This document shows, piece by piece, positions 1-10,046 of a stretch of DNA of 64,000 nucleotides; positions within the stretch are counted from its first letter, which is position 1; each line of letters begins with the position of its first letter. A model generated the notes under the pieces. That model was given only the letters and a program-made list of their open reading frames with translations, made no database searches and was not told the DNA's origin. The stretch comes from Mycolicibacterium neoaurum (GTDB taxonomy: Bacteria > Actinomycetota > Actinomycetes > Mycobacteriales > Mycobacteriaceae). The stretch is taken from the NCBI RefSeq assembly GCF_036946495.1, contig NZ_JAQIIX010000001.1, positions 878,697-942,696 on the forward strand. The letters run 5' to 3'. A program made the translations under genes and the position numbers.

Positions 1-409
1 CGATATAGGTGTCGGTCTGAGCGATGTACGCCTCGGGCTGGTAGTAGTCGTAGTACGAGACGAAGTACTCGACGGCGTTGTGCGGCAACATTTCCCGCAG
101 CTCGTTGGCCAGCTGGGCGGCCAACGTCTTGTTGGGCGCCATCACCAGCGTGGGCCGCTGCAGCCGCTCGATCAGCCAGGCGGTGGTGGCCGACTTGCCG
201 GTGCCGGTGGCGCCGAGCAGCACGATGTCGCGCTCGCCTGCGCGGACCCGGCGTTCCAGATCGTCGATGGCCGCGGGCTGATCACCGGCGGGTTCGTACT
301 CGCTGACCACCTCGAACTTGCCGCCCGACCGGACGATGCCGTCGACCGCGTCGGCGGCAGGCCGGTATTCCGACTGCGCCAACACAGGATGTTCGGTAGC
401 GAATGCCAT
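1..409 (-). CDS. uvrB: excinuclease ABC subunit B, N-terminal part (gene runs off the left edge)
   Basis: Reverse translation from ATG at 409 reads [129 protein letters not shown]. It has the Walker A motif GATGTGKS and the [10 protein letters not shown] motif typical of the UvrB N-terminus. It is open-ended, so it is absent from the ORF track. Confidence 0.9.
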   Translation of the reverse strand, partial: MAFATEHPVLAQSEYRPAADAVDGIVRSGGKFEVVSEYEPAGDQPAAIDDLERRVRAGERDIVLLGATGTGKSATTAWLIERLQRPTLVMAPNKTLAAQLANELREMLPHNAVEYFVSYYDYYQPEAYIAQTDTYI

Positions 410-480
410 AGCTCCAGATTAAGCGCGGGTACCGACAAGTTCATTCCCCGCGGGCAGCCCGGCCGCGCTACCGTGACGCG

Positions 481-783
481 GTGTCCGAACCCGCGCGCGT
501 CGCCCTGCGACTCCTGGGACTGATTCTGCTGGTGGTGGGGGTTGTCTGCGCGGTCCTGCTGGTGTGGCCGGGTCCCGGTGAGATCGCCGCTCGGCTCGGC
601 TCGACCTGCGGTGACGGCGGTCTCGGCCCGTCGCACCGGTGCAGTTGGCTGGAGGCCGCCGACCTGTTGTGGACCGGCTGCGGGCTGGCGATCGTCATCG
701 GGGTCGTGTTGCGCATCGTCACCCGGCCGCCCGGACGCGGGCCGCTCGTGCTCGACCTGCGCCGTCTGCGTCGAGGACGCTGA
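481..783 (+). CDS. small membrane protein (two predicted TM helices), function unknown
   Basis: 100-aa ORF with a GTG start, two hydrophobic stretches (LLGLILLVVGVVCAVLLVW and GCGLAIVIGVVL) and GC-rich third codon positions. Its stop at 781-783 abuts the ATG at 785 of the next gene. Confidence 0.45.
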   Translation: MSEPARVALRLLGLILLVVGVVCAVLLVWPGPGEIAARLGSTCGDGGLGPSHRCSWLEAADLLWTGCGLAIVIGVVLRIVTRPPGRGPLVLDLRRLRRGR

Positions 784-784
784 T

Positions 785-1288
785 ATGCACCCGCCCAAAC
801 GCGAGTACTTCGACCTGCGCGCCGGCACCAACACCGATCCGAAGGGCATCGTGCGCGATGTCGACGTGTTCGATGTGCACCCCTGGGGTTTGTACATGGC
901 CCGGCCGGCCCCCGGCCGGGACCAGTTCCACTACCTGGAGTCATGGCTGCTGCCCGCGCTGAACCTGCGCGCCACGGTCTTCCATTTCAACCCCGGCCAC
1001 GAACGCGACCAGGACTTCTACCTCGATATCGGCGACTACACCGCCGGTGCGGACGGTTGGTCGGCCGAAGACCACTATCTCGACCTGATCGTGCGCACCG
1101 GTCGCGAGGTCGTCCTCACCGACACCGACGAGCTCATCGCCGCGGTGTGTGAGCAGCTGGTGACCCCGGCGGTCGCCGAGCACGCGATCACCGCCGCCAC
1201 CACGACCATCGACGGATTGGCCCGCAACGGCTATGACCTGGACCGCTGGCTGGCCGGGCACGGTGTGGTGCTGACGTGGCGGGCGTAA
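785..1288 (+). CDS. DUF402-family protein (Rv1632c-like)
   Basis: In-frame ATG at 785 inside ORF 542..1288 gives MHPPKREYFDLRAGTNTDPKG...HYLESWLLPALNLRATVFHFNPGHERDQDFYLDIGDY, which is DUF402-type sequence. It sits between uvrB and coaE as in M. tuberculosis. The 5' extension of the ORF is Arg/Cys-rich and overlaps the preceding small ORF. Confidence 0.7.
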   Translation: MHPPKREYFDLRAGTNTDPKGIVRDVDVFDVHPWGLYMARPAPGRDQFHYLESWLLPALNLRATVFHFNPGHERDQDFYLDIGDYTAGADGWSAEDHYLDLIVRTGREVVLTDTDELIAAVCEQLVTPAVAEHAITAATTTIDGLARNGYDLDRWLAGHGVVLTWRA

Positions 1289-1298
1289 AGTCACCGTC

Positions 1299-1856
1299 AT
1301 GAGTGTTCGCAGGCACGCAGCGGTGCTGGCCGCCACGGCAGCGGGGCTGATGCTGGCAGGGCAGCTCCTCCCGGCCTCGGCGGTCGCCGAGCCCGACACC
1401 GGACAGCCCCAGCCGGCGGCCACCGACTCCGCCCCGGTGCCGCTGTTGCACAACATCACCTACCGCGCGCGGGCCGACGGCACGTCGCGCGGCGCGATCG
1501 TGGCCTACAAGGCCGATGATCAGAACGTCAACAGCGAGCAGCCGACCCTGCTGCCTGGCCAGACCTTCGAGGTCAACACCGTGATGACCGACCCGAAACT
1601 GGCGGGTCTGGAACTGTCCATCGAATGGCCCTACGGGTCGAACCTGCACTGCGAGATCCTGGTCGACGATCAGATCGTCGCCCAGGCCGACCAGTTCATC
1701 GCCCCGCGGCTCTTCCGGCCCAAAGACGATCCGCTCTACGGAACGATCCAATGCGGTGCACCGCTGAACGATCCGGCCTCGGGTGCCGCGGCCCTCGGTG
1801 TGCCGGCGCTGCCGGGCTACCCCGGACAGCCCGCCGCACCCCCGCCGCCTGCCTGA
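1299..1856 (+). CDS. secreted protein of unknown function (signal peptide, Pro-rich C-terminus)
   Basis: N-terminus MSVRRHAAVLAATAAGLMLAGQLLPASAVAEP looks like a Sec signal peptide. The C-terminus is Pro/Ala-rich, and the frame has coding-like GC3. Confidence 0.7.
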   Translation: MSVRRHAAVLAATAAGLMLAGQLLPASAVAEPDTGQPQPAATDSAPVPLLHNITYRARADGTSRGAIVAYKADDQNVNSEQPTLLPGQTFEVNTVMTDPKLAGLELSIEWPYGSNLHCEILVDDQIVAQADQFIAPRLFRPKDDPLYGTIQCGAPLNDPASGAAALGVPALPGYPGQPAAPPPPA

Positions 1857-1860
1857 GAGC

Positions 1861-3036
1861 TCAGCTGCTCCAACCGGTGGTCTTCGCCCACTCGGCGGCG
1901 CGGTGGTAGGCGTCCAGGAACCACGGCTCCTTGGCCTCGGCGTAGTCCGGTGCCGTCAGTGCCCGCCGCTTGGCGGCCAGATAGTCCTGGCGGACACCGG
2001 GGTTGGCGCGCAACCAGTCGACGAACAGCAGCGCGAACTGCTGATTGGGCCAACCCTGCACCCGAAGGTGCACATTGGTGGCACGACCCGGATCGGCCGA
2101 GGCGTGAAACCGCTTGCGCCACATCGACTGGTCGTCGCCGTGCACGGTGTCTGCGTCGACGCCGGCCACTCTCGGGTAACCGGCCGTGCGCAACGCGTCG
2201 GCCAGTTCGTCGGCGACCTCCAATGACGGCACCGTCACCTGGACGTCGATGACGTCCTTGGCGTCCATTCCCGGGACCGCGGTCGAACCGATGTGATCGA
2301 TACGCGTCGCGCGATGTCCGCACGCCGTGTTCAGCCGGGCGACAATGCGCTGCGCCTGGTCCGGCCAGCTCGGGTCGTAGGGCACGACCGCCGCATCGCG
2401 CCGTGCGGGGTGCCCGGCCTGCAGATTGTGCGCGAACGGCAGGATGCGCTCATGCCACAGGGCGCGGGCCTGCTCGACGAGCGCGCCCGGTGAACCGGAG
2501 TTGTCCAGCCAGATATCGGCCACCCTGCGGCGCTGATCCTCGGTTGCCTGGGCCGCGATGCGTGCCCGGGCGTCGGCCTCGCTGAAGCCGCGATACTCGA
2601 TGAGCCGGGCGACCCGCAGTTCGACATCGGCGTTGACGATGATGACCAGCGGGAACAGCGGTGCCATCTGCGACTCGACGAGCAGCGGGATGTCCTCGAC
2701 GATGACGGCATCCTCGGAGGCCGCGGCGATCAACTCCGAACGTCGGTGCGCCACCAACGGATGCACGATGCCGTTGAGCGTCTGACGCTTGTCCTCGTCG
2801 CTGAACGCGACGGCGGCCAGCGCGGGGCGATTCAGCGCGCCGGCATCGGGGCCCTCGGCGTGCAGAATTTCGTGGCCGAACGCATCGACCAGCGCGGCCA
2901 GACCTTCGGTGCCGGGTTCCACGACCTCTCGGGCGATGACGTCGCCGTCGACGATGATCGCGCCCAACTCGCTGAAGGTGGAGGACACCGTCGATTTGCC
3001 GGCGCCGATACCGCCGGTCAGTCCGATTCGAAGCAC
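1861..3036 (-). CDS. coaE: dephospho-CoA kinase with C-terminal GrpB/UPF0157-like domain
   Basis: ORF 1861..3153. GTG at 3036 places VLRIGLTGGIGAGKST (P-loop) at the N-terminus. The long C-terminal extension matches the two-domain mycobacterial CoaE. The gene is downstream of rpsA, as in mycobacteria. Confidence 0.85.
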   Translation of the reverse strand: MLRIGLTGGIGAGKSTVSSTFSELGAIIVDGDVIAREVVEPGTEGLAALVDAFGHEILHAEGPDAGALNRPALAAVAFSDEDKRQTLNGIVHPLVAHRRSELIAAASEDAVIVEDIPLLVESQMAPLFPLVIIVNADVELRVARLIEYRGFSEADARARIAAQATEDQRRRVADIWLDNSGSPGALVEQARALWHERILPFAHNLQAGHPARRDAAVVPYDPSWPDQAQRIVARLNTACGHRATRIDHIGSTAVPGMDAKDVIDVQVTVPSLEVADELADALRTAGYPRVAGVDADTVHGDDQSMWRKRFHASADPGRATNVHLRVQGWPNQQFALLFVDWLRANPGVRQDYLAAKRRALTAPDYAEAKEPWFLDAYHRAAEWAKTTGWSS

Positions 3037-3140
3037 GCCCGACAGTCTGTCAGGGCGCCGCGAGCAGACGCAAAAGTGCCGAAATATGGGCGATGTGAGC
3101 AGTTCTGCGTCTGCTCGCCACGGTGACCGGAGACGACGAA

Positions 3141-3165
3141 CGCCCCGACCCAAGGGGCCGGGGCG
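3141..3165 (-). terminator. GC-rich hairpin after rpsA (possible terminator or attenuator before coaE)
   Basis: CGCCCCG ... CGGGGCG forms a 7-bp stem with an additional inner CCC/GGG pairing, 17 nt downstream of the rpsA stop. There is no T-tract, which is common in actinobacteria. Confidence 0.35.
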
Positions 3166-3181
3166 TCCGTACTGTCAACTG

Positions 3182-4627
3182 CTAGGCGTTGCCTGCAAGC
3201 TTCTCCCGCAGAGCGGCCAGCTGGGCGTCGCTGGCCAGCGAACCGCCGGCCGACTCACCCTCGGAGCGCGACGAGCTGCTGGAGGACGACGGGCGGGCAG
3301 CCTCTTCGGCCTCGGCAGCGGCGAACTTCTCCATCTGCGCTGTGTGCATCTTGTGCCGACGCTCGGCCTCGGCGTACCGGGCCTCCCATTCGGTGCGCTG
3401 CTTGTCGAAGCCCTCGAGCCACTCGTTGGTGTCGGCATCGAAGCCCTCGGGGAAGATGTAGTTCCCCGCATCGTCGTAGCTGTCGGCCATGCCGTACTTC
3501 GAGGGATCGAACTCCTCGGTGTAGTCCTCGTTGGCCTGCTTGAGGCTCAGCGAGATGCGGCGGCGCTCCAGGTCGATGTCGATGACCTTGACCATGGCGT
3601 CGTCGCCGACCTGGACCACCTGGTCCGGGACCTCGACGTGGCGCTCGGAGAGCTCCGAGATGTGCACCAGGCCCTCGATGCCCTCTTCGACGCGGACGAA
3701 CGCACCGAAGGGCACCAGCTTGGTGACCTTGCCCGGCACGATCTGCCCGATGGCGTGGGTGCGGGCGAAGTGGCGCCACGGATCTTCCTGAGTCGCCTTG
3801 AGCGACAGCGAAACCCGCTCGCGATCCATGTCGACGTCGAGCACCTCGACGGTGACCTCGTCGCCCACGGTGACGACCTCGGACGGGTGGTCGATGTGCT
3901 TCCAAGACAGCTCGGAGACGTGCACCAGGCCGTCGACGCCGCCGAGATCGACGAAGGCGCCGAAGTTGACGATCGAGGACACGACACCCTTGCGGATGGC
4001 ACCCTTGGTGAGCTGGTTCAAGAATTCACTACGAACTTCGCTTTGCGTCTGCTCCAGCCAGGCGCGACGGCTCAGAACCACGTTGTTGCGGTTCTTGTCG
4101 AGCTCGATGATCTTGGCCTCGATCTCCTTGCCGATGTACGGCTGCAGATCGCGGACGCGACGCATCTCCACCAGCGAGGCGGGCAGGAAGCCGCGCAGGC
4201 CGATATCGAGGATCAGGCCGCCCTTGACAACCTCGATGACGGTGCCCTTGACGGCCTCGTCCTTCTCCTTGAGCTCTTCGATGGTGCCCCAGGCACGCTC
4301 GTACTGAGCGCGCTTCTTGGACAGGATCAGACGGCCTTCCTTGTCCTCCTTGGTGAGGACCAGGGCTTCGACCTCATCGCCCACGGAAACGACCTCGTTG
4401 GGGTCGACGTCGTGCTTGATGGACAGTTCGCGGGAAGGAATGACACCTTCGGTCTTGTAGCCGATATCGAGCAGGACCTCGTCGCGGTCCACCTTGACGA
4501 TGGTCCCTTCGACGATGTCGCCATCGTTGAAGTACTTGATGGTCTTGTCGATAGCGGCGAGGAAGTCTTCCGCGGAGCCGATGTCGTTGACGGCTACCTG
4601 CGGGGAAGTGACGGAGGGACTTGGCAT
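3182..4627 (-). CDS. rpsA: 30S ribosomal protein S1
   Basis: ORF 3182..4699. ATG at 4627 gives MPSPSVTSPQVAVNDIGSAEDFLAAIDKTIKYFNDGDIVEGTIVKVDRDEVLLDIGYKTEGVIP, the mycobacterial RpsA N-terminus as I remember it. It contains four S1 repeats. Confidence 0.95.
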   Translation of the reverse strand: MPSPSVTSPQVAVNDIGSAEDFLAAIDKTIKYFNDGDIVEGTIVKVDRDEVLLDIGYKTEGVIPSRELSIKHDVDPNEVVSVGDEVEALVLTKEDKEGRLILSKKRAQYERAWGTIEELKEKDEAVKGTVIEVVKGGLILDIGLRGFLPASLVEMRRVRDLQPYIGKEIEAKIIELDKNRNNVVLSRRAWLEQTQSEVRSEFLNQLTKGAIRKGVVSSIVNFGAFVDLGGVDGLVHVSELSWKHIDHPSEVVTVGDEVTVEVLDVDMDRERVSLSLKATQEDPWRHFARTHAIGQIVPGKVTKLVPFGAFVRVEEGIEGLVHISELSERHVEVPDQVVQVGDDAMVKVIDIDLERRRISLSLKQANEDYTEEFDPSKYGMADSYDDAGNYIFPEGFDADTNEWLEGFDKQRTEWEARYAEAERRHKMHTAQMEKFAAAEAEEAARPSSSSSSSRSEGESAGGSLASDAQLAALREKLAGNA

Positions 4628-4862
4628 GTGGTGGGTTGCTCCGGACAGGTTCAATCGTAGGGACATTGAGTTGGGTGTTGCTTTGTGGTCGTGCTGCACG
4701 ATCGCGGGCCGGGCGGCAGATTCGACACCAGACTCGGCGATGATGCGGTGTTCCCGCGGGCCCCAGACATGACGGAACGCACAGGTACTGTTCGAGGGTA
4801 CTAGAGGCGGTACACGCTGGACAAACCCGACCCCCGCGGCCGGGTGTGGTTAGTCTCCTCAC

Positions 4863-6017
4863 GTGCCCGCGCTGACGCCACCTTCGCACCTGCCGATCTG
4901 GCCGCCGACCGTCCGCAAGGTCGGCGCCCCGCTCGCGGTGATCATCGGCCTGAGCGTCATCGTCGGGTTGCTGATGATCCTGCTCACCGCGACCAACCCG
5001 GTGGGCACCGCCATCGGGTTTGTACTGTCCAGCATCGCGATCACCGTGGTGGTGCTGTGTTATCTGTGGCTGGACCGCTGGGAGCCCGAGCCGCCGCGGC
5101 TGCTGATCCTGGCCTTTCTGTGGGGCGCCTCGGTCGCGATCATCCTGTCCCTGGTCCTTGAGCTGTGGGCCGACGCCGTGTTCATTCCGACCCCGGGCCT
5201 GCCGGAGGGTTTCGAGTCGACCGCGTTGCGCGCGCCGATCATCGAGGAAGCCGCCAAGGGGCTGTTCCTGCTGATCATGATGACCGGCCGACGCCGCCAC
5301 GAACTGAACTCGCTGACCGACTGCCTGGTGTACGCCGGCCTGGTCGGAGCGGGCTTCGCCTGGTTCGAGGACATCCTCTACATCGCCAACAGCGAATCGT
5401 TGGCCGGTTCGCTGGTGACCGCGGCGCTGCGGCTGATCATGGCGCCGTTCGCCCATTCACTGTTCGTCTCGGCGCTGGCCGTCGGTGTCTACTTCGCACT
5501 GCACCGGCGCAACCCGTTGGCCAAGCTGGGCTGCATCGTGGCCGGTTATGCCGGCGCGGTGGTGTTGCACGCGATGTGGAACGGGTCGTCGGTGATCAGC
5601 ATCGAGGCGTACTTCCTGGTGTACGTGTTCTGGATGATGCCGGTATTCGTGCTGGCGATCTGGCTGGCGGTCAAGAGCAGGCACCGTGAGCAGCAGGTGG
5701 TGGCCGCGAAGCTGCCGAACATGGTGGCCGCCGGGCTGGTGACCGCCAACGAGGCCAGCTGGTTACGGTCGATCCGCACCCGCAAGCTGGCCGTCGCCGA
5801 GGTCACCAGGCATGGCGGCAAGGCCGCCGGCAAGGCGGTAAAGGGTTTCGCCTCCCAGGTCGTGGAGTTGGCCTTCGTACGGGACCGGATCGACCGCGGA
5901 TTCGGTGACGCCCGCGTGCACGCGATGCTCACCGAGGAAGCTCATCGCGTGCATGCTGCGCGGGCCGCCACCCCGGAGCTGCAGCATCTGGCCGCCTACC
6001 GGATACCCGGCCTCTGA
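4863..6017 (+). CDS. PrsW-family intramembrane protease
   Basis: Multi-TM protein carrying APIIEEAAKGLFLL, FAHSLF and VVLHAMWNG motifs, the Glu-Glu and His signatures of the PrsW family. Confidence 0.75.
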   Translation: MPALTPPSHLPIWPPTVRKVGAPLAVIIGLSVIVGLLMILLTATNPVGTAIGFVLSSIAITVVVLCYLWLDRWEPEPPRLLILAFLWGASVAIILSLVLELWADAVFIPTPGLPEGFESTALRAPIIEEAAKGLFLLIMMTGRRRHELNSLTDCLVYAGLVGAGFAWFEDILYIANSESLAGSLVTAALRLIMAPFAHSLFVSALAVGVYFALHRRNPLAKLGCIVAGYAGAVVLHAMWNGSSVISIEAYFLVYVFWMMPVFVLAIWLAVKSRHREQQVVAAKLPNMVAAGLVTANEASWLRSIRTRKLAVAEVTRHGGKAAGKAVKGFASQVVELAFVRDRIDRGFGDARVHAMLTEEAHRVHAARAATPELQHLAAYRIPGL

Positions 6018-7246
6018 CGCAGGCCGCCGCGGCGGCCCCTCCGGATCACCTGCCAGCACACCAACCCGGCCTGCAGACCGAAGGCCACCGAGATCATCGA
6101 TATCAAGGTCGCCGGTAGTGCCGAATCGCCGTCGGCACCGAACAGCTCGGTGACACCGATCAACCCCATCGAGCCGGGAACCAACAACCAGAACCCGGGC
6201 AGGATCATGGTGATCGCGGGCGGCGCGGCGCGCCGTCGCGACACCGCCAGCGCCACCAGCGTCAGCGCCAGACCGCCGCAGAAGCCGCTGGCGTAGCTGC
6301 CGAGCAGCAGGTCGCCGGCGTACTGCGCGGCGAAGGCGGTGTAGGTGATGAGCAGCAACCAGGGCAGGAACGACAGCGGTGGCGCCAGGAACAGCAGCAC
6401 GCCCAGGCTGTAGACGGCGACGCCGAGCCAGGGGGCCCATGGGCCGATGTGGTTGACCGCTTCGGAACTCAGCTGGTCCTCGCGCATGCCCAACAACTGG
6501 GTGGCGATGAGGATGCCGAACGCCAGCTGGATGATCTGCACGAACCCCGCGATCAGTCTGCTCGTACCGGCGACGACATCGCGTGAGGTCAGCTCGATCA
6601 CCGCGAGTGTGATCGCCGCGCCCGGCAGGAACACCGCCAGCGGCGGTATCAGTGCGCGCAGCCCGACATGGTCGAGGTCCAACCGCAATGCCGCCACGAT
6701 GCAGATCGACGCGACCGCGAAAGCGCTGATCGCGGGTACCAATTGGGCCAGTATCGGCACACGCTGACCGGCGACCAGCAGCCCGCCGACCATCGCACCG
6801 AGGGCCAGCGCGGCCAGCACGTTGAGAAAGGTGGGCTCCAGTACCAGCGACAAACCGGCGCTCTGGATCCCGTAGCCGATGACGGTCACCCAGGCCGGGT
6901 AACGTCGGGCGGCCGCGCCGATGGCGTCCAGTCGGCTTTGCCCCTGCTCGGCGGTCACCCGGCCGGAAAGTGCATCCGATACCAGGCGGGCCAGCGGAAA
7001 GATCTGGTCGAAACGCAGGTCGGCGTCGACGCGGGCGCCGTGCACCGCCGTCCCGCCTGCGCCGTCCGGACCCACCACCTGGACATGGTTGGGCAGCGCG
7101 ATGCCGTCGTTGCGCACCCCGAACCGGGCCGCGGTGCGGTCGAGGGTCTGACGCACCAGCGTCACCGGGTAGTTCGCAGCGCACATGGCCGCACCCAGCC
7201 GGGCGAGGAAGCGAATCTGCTGATCGCCGTCGGAGTTCATCGGCAC
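5996..7246 (-). CDS. threonine/serine exporter (ThrE) family membrane protein
   Basis: 416 aa. The N-terminal part (IRFLARLGAAMCAANYPVTLVRQTLDRTAARFG) is typical of the DUF1212/ThrE N-domain. It is followed by about 10 TM segments. Confidence 0.7.
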   Translation of the reverse strand: MPMNSDGDQQIRFLARLGAAMCAANYPVTLVRQTLDRTAARFGVRNDGIALPNHVQVVGPDGAGGTAVHGARVDADLRFDQIFPLARLVSDALSGRVTAEQGQSRLDAIGAAARRYPAWVTVIGYGIQSAGLSLVLEPTFLNVLAALALGAMVGGLLVAGQRVPILAQLVPAISAFAVASICIVAALRLDLDHVGLRALIPPLAVFLPGAAITLAVIELTSRDVVAGTSRLIAGFVQIIQLAFGILIATQLLGMREDQLSSEAVNHIGPWAPWLGVAVYSLGVLLFLAPPLSFLPWLLLITYTAFAAQYAGDLLLGSYASGFCGGLALTLVALAVSRRRAAPPAITMILPGFWLLVPGSMGLIGVTELFGADGDSALPATLISMISVAFGLQAGLVCWQVIRRGRRGGLRQRPGIR

Positions 7247-7267
7247 GGGGCCGCCGCCTGCCCGGCG

Positions 7268-10006
7268 CTAGTGCGCCGCGGCGTCCCAGCTGCGTCCGAA
7301 GCCGACCGAAACCTCCAGTGGCACGTCGAGCGGATAGGCGTTGCCCATGTGTTCGCGCACCAGCTTCTCGAGCGTGTCGCGCTCGCCCTCGGCAACCTCG
7401 AACAGCAGCTCGTCGTGGACCTGTAGCAGCATCCGGGATGCCAGTCCGGCGGATTTGATGGCCTGGTCGACGTTGATCATGGCCACCTTGATGATGTCGG
7501 CGGCGCTGCCCTGGATCGGGGCGTTCAGCGCGGCCCGCTCGGCCGCCTCGCGGACGTTGCGGTTGCTGCTGTCCAGTTCGGGCAGGTACCGGCGTCGGCC
7601 CAGCACCGTCGAGGTGTAACCGTCCTTGCGGGCCTGGTCGACCACATCACGCAGGTAGTCGCGGATGCCGCCGAACCGGTCGAAGTACTGGTCCATCTGC
7701 TCTTTGGCCTCTTCGGTGCTGATCTTCAGTTGTGCCGAAAGCCCGTAGGCGCTCAGCCCGTAGGCCAAACCGTAGGACATCGCCTTGACTCGGCGGCGCA
7801 GCTCCGGGGTGACCTCGTCGATCGGCACATCGAACGCGCGTGAGGCGACGAACGAGTGCAGGTCCTCACCGGTGTTGAAGGCTTCGATCAGGCCCTCGTC
7901 CCGGGACAGGTGCGCCATGATGCGCATCTCGATTTGGCTGTAGTCGGCCGTCATCAGTTCGGCGTAACCGTTGCCCACGACAAACCCGTCGCGGATACGG
8001 CGGCCGGCCTCGGTGCGGATCGGGATGTTCTGCAGGTTCGGCTCGGTCGACGAGAGCCGGCCGGTGGCCGCGATGGTCTGGTTGAACGTGGTGTGAATCC
8101 GGCCATCCGAGGCCGTCGACGCCAGCAGTCCATCGACGGTGACCTTGAGCCGGGTGGCATCCCGATGGGCCAGCAGGTGCTGCAGGAACGGATGCCCGGT
8201 CTTGTCGAAAAGCCCTTGCAGCGCATCGGCATCGGTGGTGTAGCCGGTCTTGGTCTTCTTCGTCTTGGGCATCTCGAGCTCGTCGAACAGCACGACCTGC
8301 AGCTGTTTGGGCGATCCCAGGTTGATCTGCTTGCCGATCACCGCGTAGGCCGCCTCGGCCGCGTCGCGGATGTAGTCGGCGAACTCGCTCTGCAGCCCGC
8401 GCAGGAAGTCCACGTCGACCGCGATCCCGGTGCTCTCCAGTTCGGCGAGCACCCGCTGCACCGGCAGCTCCATGCGTTCCAGCAGCGAGGAGGAGTCGAT
8501 ACGGGCCAGCTCTTCGTCGAGAGCATCGGCCAGGTCCATCACCGCCGCGGCCCGCAGCAGCAGTGCCTGTACTGCCTGCTCGTCGACGCCCTCATTGTCA
8601 TCGAGCAGTGAAAGCTGTTGTTGCTCGGGGTTTTCGGCACGCAGCTCACGCTTGAGATAGCGCAGCGACAGATCGTCGAGCGCGAAGCTGCGTTGCCCGG
8701 GCCGCACCAGGTACGCCGCCAGCGCGGTATCGGAGGTGACACCGGCCAGCTTCCAGCCACGACCTTCCAGGTCGTGCATGGCGAGCTTGGCCTCGTGCAG
8801 TGCCTTCGGCGGGCCCGGGTCGGCCAACCAGGCCGCCAGGGCCGCCTCGTCGTCGGGATGGATCGTGGCGGTGTCGATATAGCGCCCGTCGCCGTCGTTG
8901 GCGACAATCGCCAGCGCGGTGGCATCACTGTCGAAGGCCAAATGCGTTCCCACCACGGCAACACCGAACCGGTTGCCCAGGCTGTGCTCGGCCAGCCAGG
9001 CCGCCAACTCACCGGGCGCCAATGCCCCGCCGCGCACGTCGAAACCCTGGTCGACCTCGGGGTCCGCGGAAGCCAGCGTGTCGAAGAGCCGATCACGCAG
9101 CACCCGGAACTCCAGGTCGTCGAACAACCGGTGGATCTGGTCGCGGTCCCAGGGCAGCATCCGTAGGGTGTCCGGGGTGTGCGGCAGCGGCACGTTTTTG
9201 ACCAGCTCGGTGAGCTCACGGTTGAGCACCACCGAGGACAGGTTGGCACGCAGCGCATCGCCGACCTTGCCCTTGACCTTGTCCACGTTGTCGACCAGGC
9301 CCTGCAGCGAGCCGTGCTCGACGATCCACTTGGTGGCGGTCTTCTCCCCCACGCCCGGGATGCCGGGCAGGTTGTCGCTCGGATCCCCGCGCAGCGCGGC
9401 GAAATCCGGGTACTGCGCGGGAGTGAGGCCGTACTTCGCGGCCACCGCTTCCGGGGTGAACCGGGTCAGTTCACTGACACCCTTGACCGGGTACAGGACG
9501 GTGACATCATCGCTCACCAACTGCAGTGAGTCCCGGTCGCCGGTGACCACCAGCACCTGGTAACCGGCGTCCTGGGCCTGCGTGGCCAACGTGGCGATGA
9601 TGTCGTCGGCCTCGAATCCAGGCTCGGCCAGCACCGTGATGCCCAGCGCGCCGAGCACCTCCTTGGTGATGTCGATCTGCCCGCGGAACTCGTCAGGGGT
9701 GGCCGAGCGGCCCTCCTTGTACTCGGGGTACTTCTCCTTGCGGAAGGTCTGCCGCGAGACGTCGAAGGCGGCGGCGATATGGCTGGGTTGCTCGTCACGG
9801 AGCAGGTTGATCAGCATCGCGGTGAACCCGTAGACCGCATTGGTGGTCAGGCCGCCCTGGGTCTTGAAGTTCTCGGCGGGCAGCGCGTAGAAGGCCCGAA
9901 AGGCCAGCGAGTTGCCGTCCAACAACATCAGGGTTGGCTTCTGACCATCGGTCGTCGCGTCGCCGGTCGGTTTTTTGGCGGTGCTCTCGGTCTTCGCGGG
10001 GCTCAC
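7268..10006 (-). CDS. polA: DNA polymerase I
   Basis: ORF 7268..10024. It has a 5'-3' exonuclease N-terminus (LMLLDGNSLAFRAFYAL) and polymerase motifs DYSQIEMRIMAH and LLQVHDELLFE. The start is either GTG at 10006 or the ORF start at 10024. Confidence 0.95.
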   Translation of the reverse strand: MSPAKTESTAKKPTGDATTDGQKPTLMLLDGNSLAFRAFYALPAENFKTQGGLTTNAVYGFTAMLINLLRDEQPSHIAAAFDVSRQTFRKEKYPEYKEGRSATPDEFRGQIDITKEVLGALGITVLAEPGFEADDIIATLATQAQDAGYQVLVVTGDRDSLQLVSDDVTVLYPVKGVSELTRFTPEAVAAKYGLTPAQYPDFAALRGDPSDNLPGIPGVGEKTATKWIVEHGSLQGLVDNVDKVKGKVGDALRANLSSVVLNRELTELVKNVPLPHTPDTLRMLPWDRDQIHRLFDDLEFRVLRDRLFDTLASADPEVDQGFDVRGGALAPGELAAWLAEHSLGNRFGVAVVGTHLAFDSDATALAIVANDGDGRYIDTATIHPDDEAALAAWLADPGPPKALHEAKLAMHDLEGRGWKLAGVTSDTALAAYLVRPGQRSFALDDLSLRYLKRELRAENPEQQQLSLLDDNEGVDEQAVQALLLRAAAVMDLADALDEELARIDSSSLLERMELPVQRVLAELESTGIAVDVDFLRGLQSEFADYIRDAAEAAYAVIGKQINLGSPKQLQVVLFDELEMPKTKKTKTGYTTDADALQGLFDKTGHPFLQHLLAHRDATRLKVTVDGLLASTASDGRIHTTFNQTIAATGRLSSTEPNLQNIPIRTEAGRRIRDGFVVGNGYAELMTADYSQIEMRIMAHLSRDEGLIEAFNTGEDLHSFVASRAFDVPIDEVTPELRRRVKAMSYGLAYGLSAYGLSAQLKISTEEAKEQMDQYFDRFGGIRDYLRDVVDQARKDGYTSTVLGRRRYLPELDSSNRNVREAAERAALNAPIQGSAADIIKVAMINVDQAIKSAGLASRMLLQVHDELLFEVAEGERDTLEKLVREHMGNAYPLDVPLEVSVGFGRSWDAAAH

Positions 10007-10046
10007 GCACCCAACTCTAGGCACCCGCTCCGACAGTCTCGCACCG

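Noticed and set aside
172-944. 241-aa and 158-aa minus-strand ORFs across the uvrB/DUF402 spacer
   Set aside because: They are Arg/Pro/Gly/Ser-rich with no hydrophobic core. They overlap the better-supported plus-strand small membrane protein and DUF402 genes, and are typical high-GC frame artefacts.
2789-4660. 623-aa plus-strand ORF covering the rpsA locus
   Set aside because: It is antisense to an unmistakable rpsA gene. Its composition is dominated by Gly/Asp/Leu/Val/Ala runs typical of the antisense frame of a high-GC gene, and it has no motifs.
5763-7184. 473-aa minus-strand ORF overlapping the ThrE-family gene in another frame
   Set aside because: It is extremely Arg/Gly/Pro-rich. The overlapping frame (5996-7246) encodes a coherent polytopic membrane protein.
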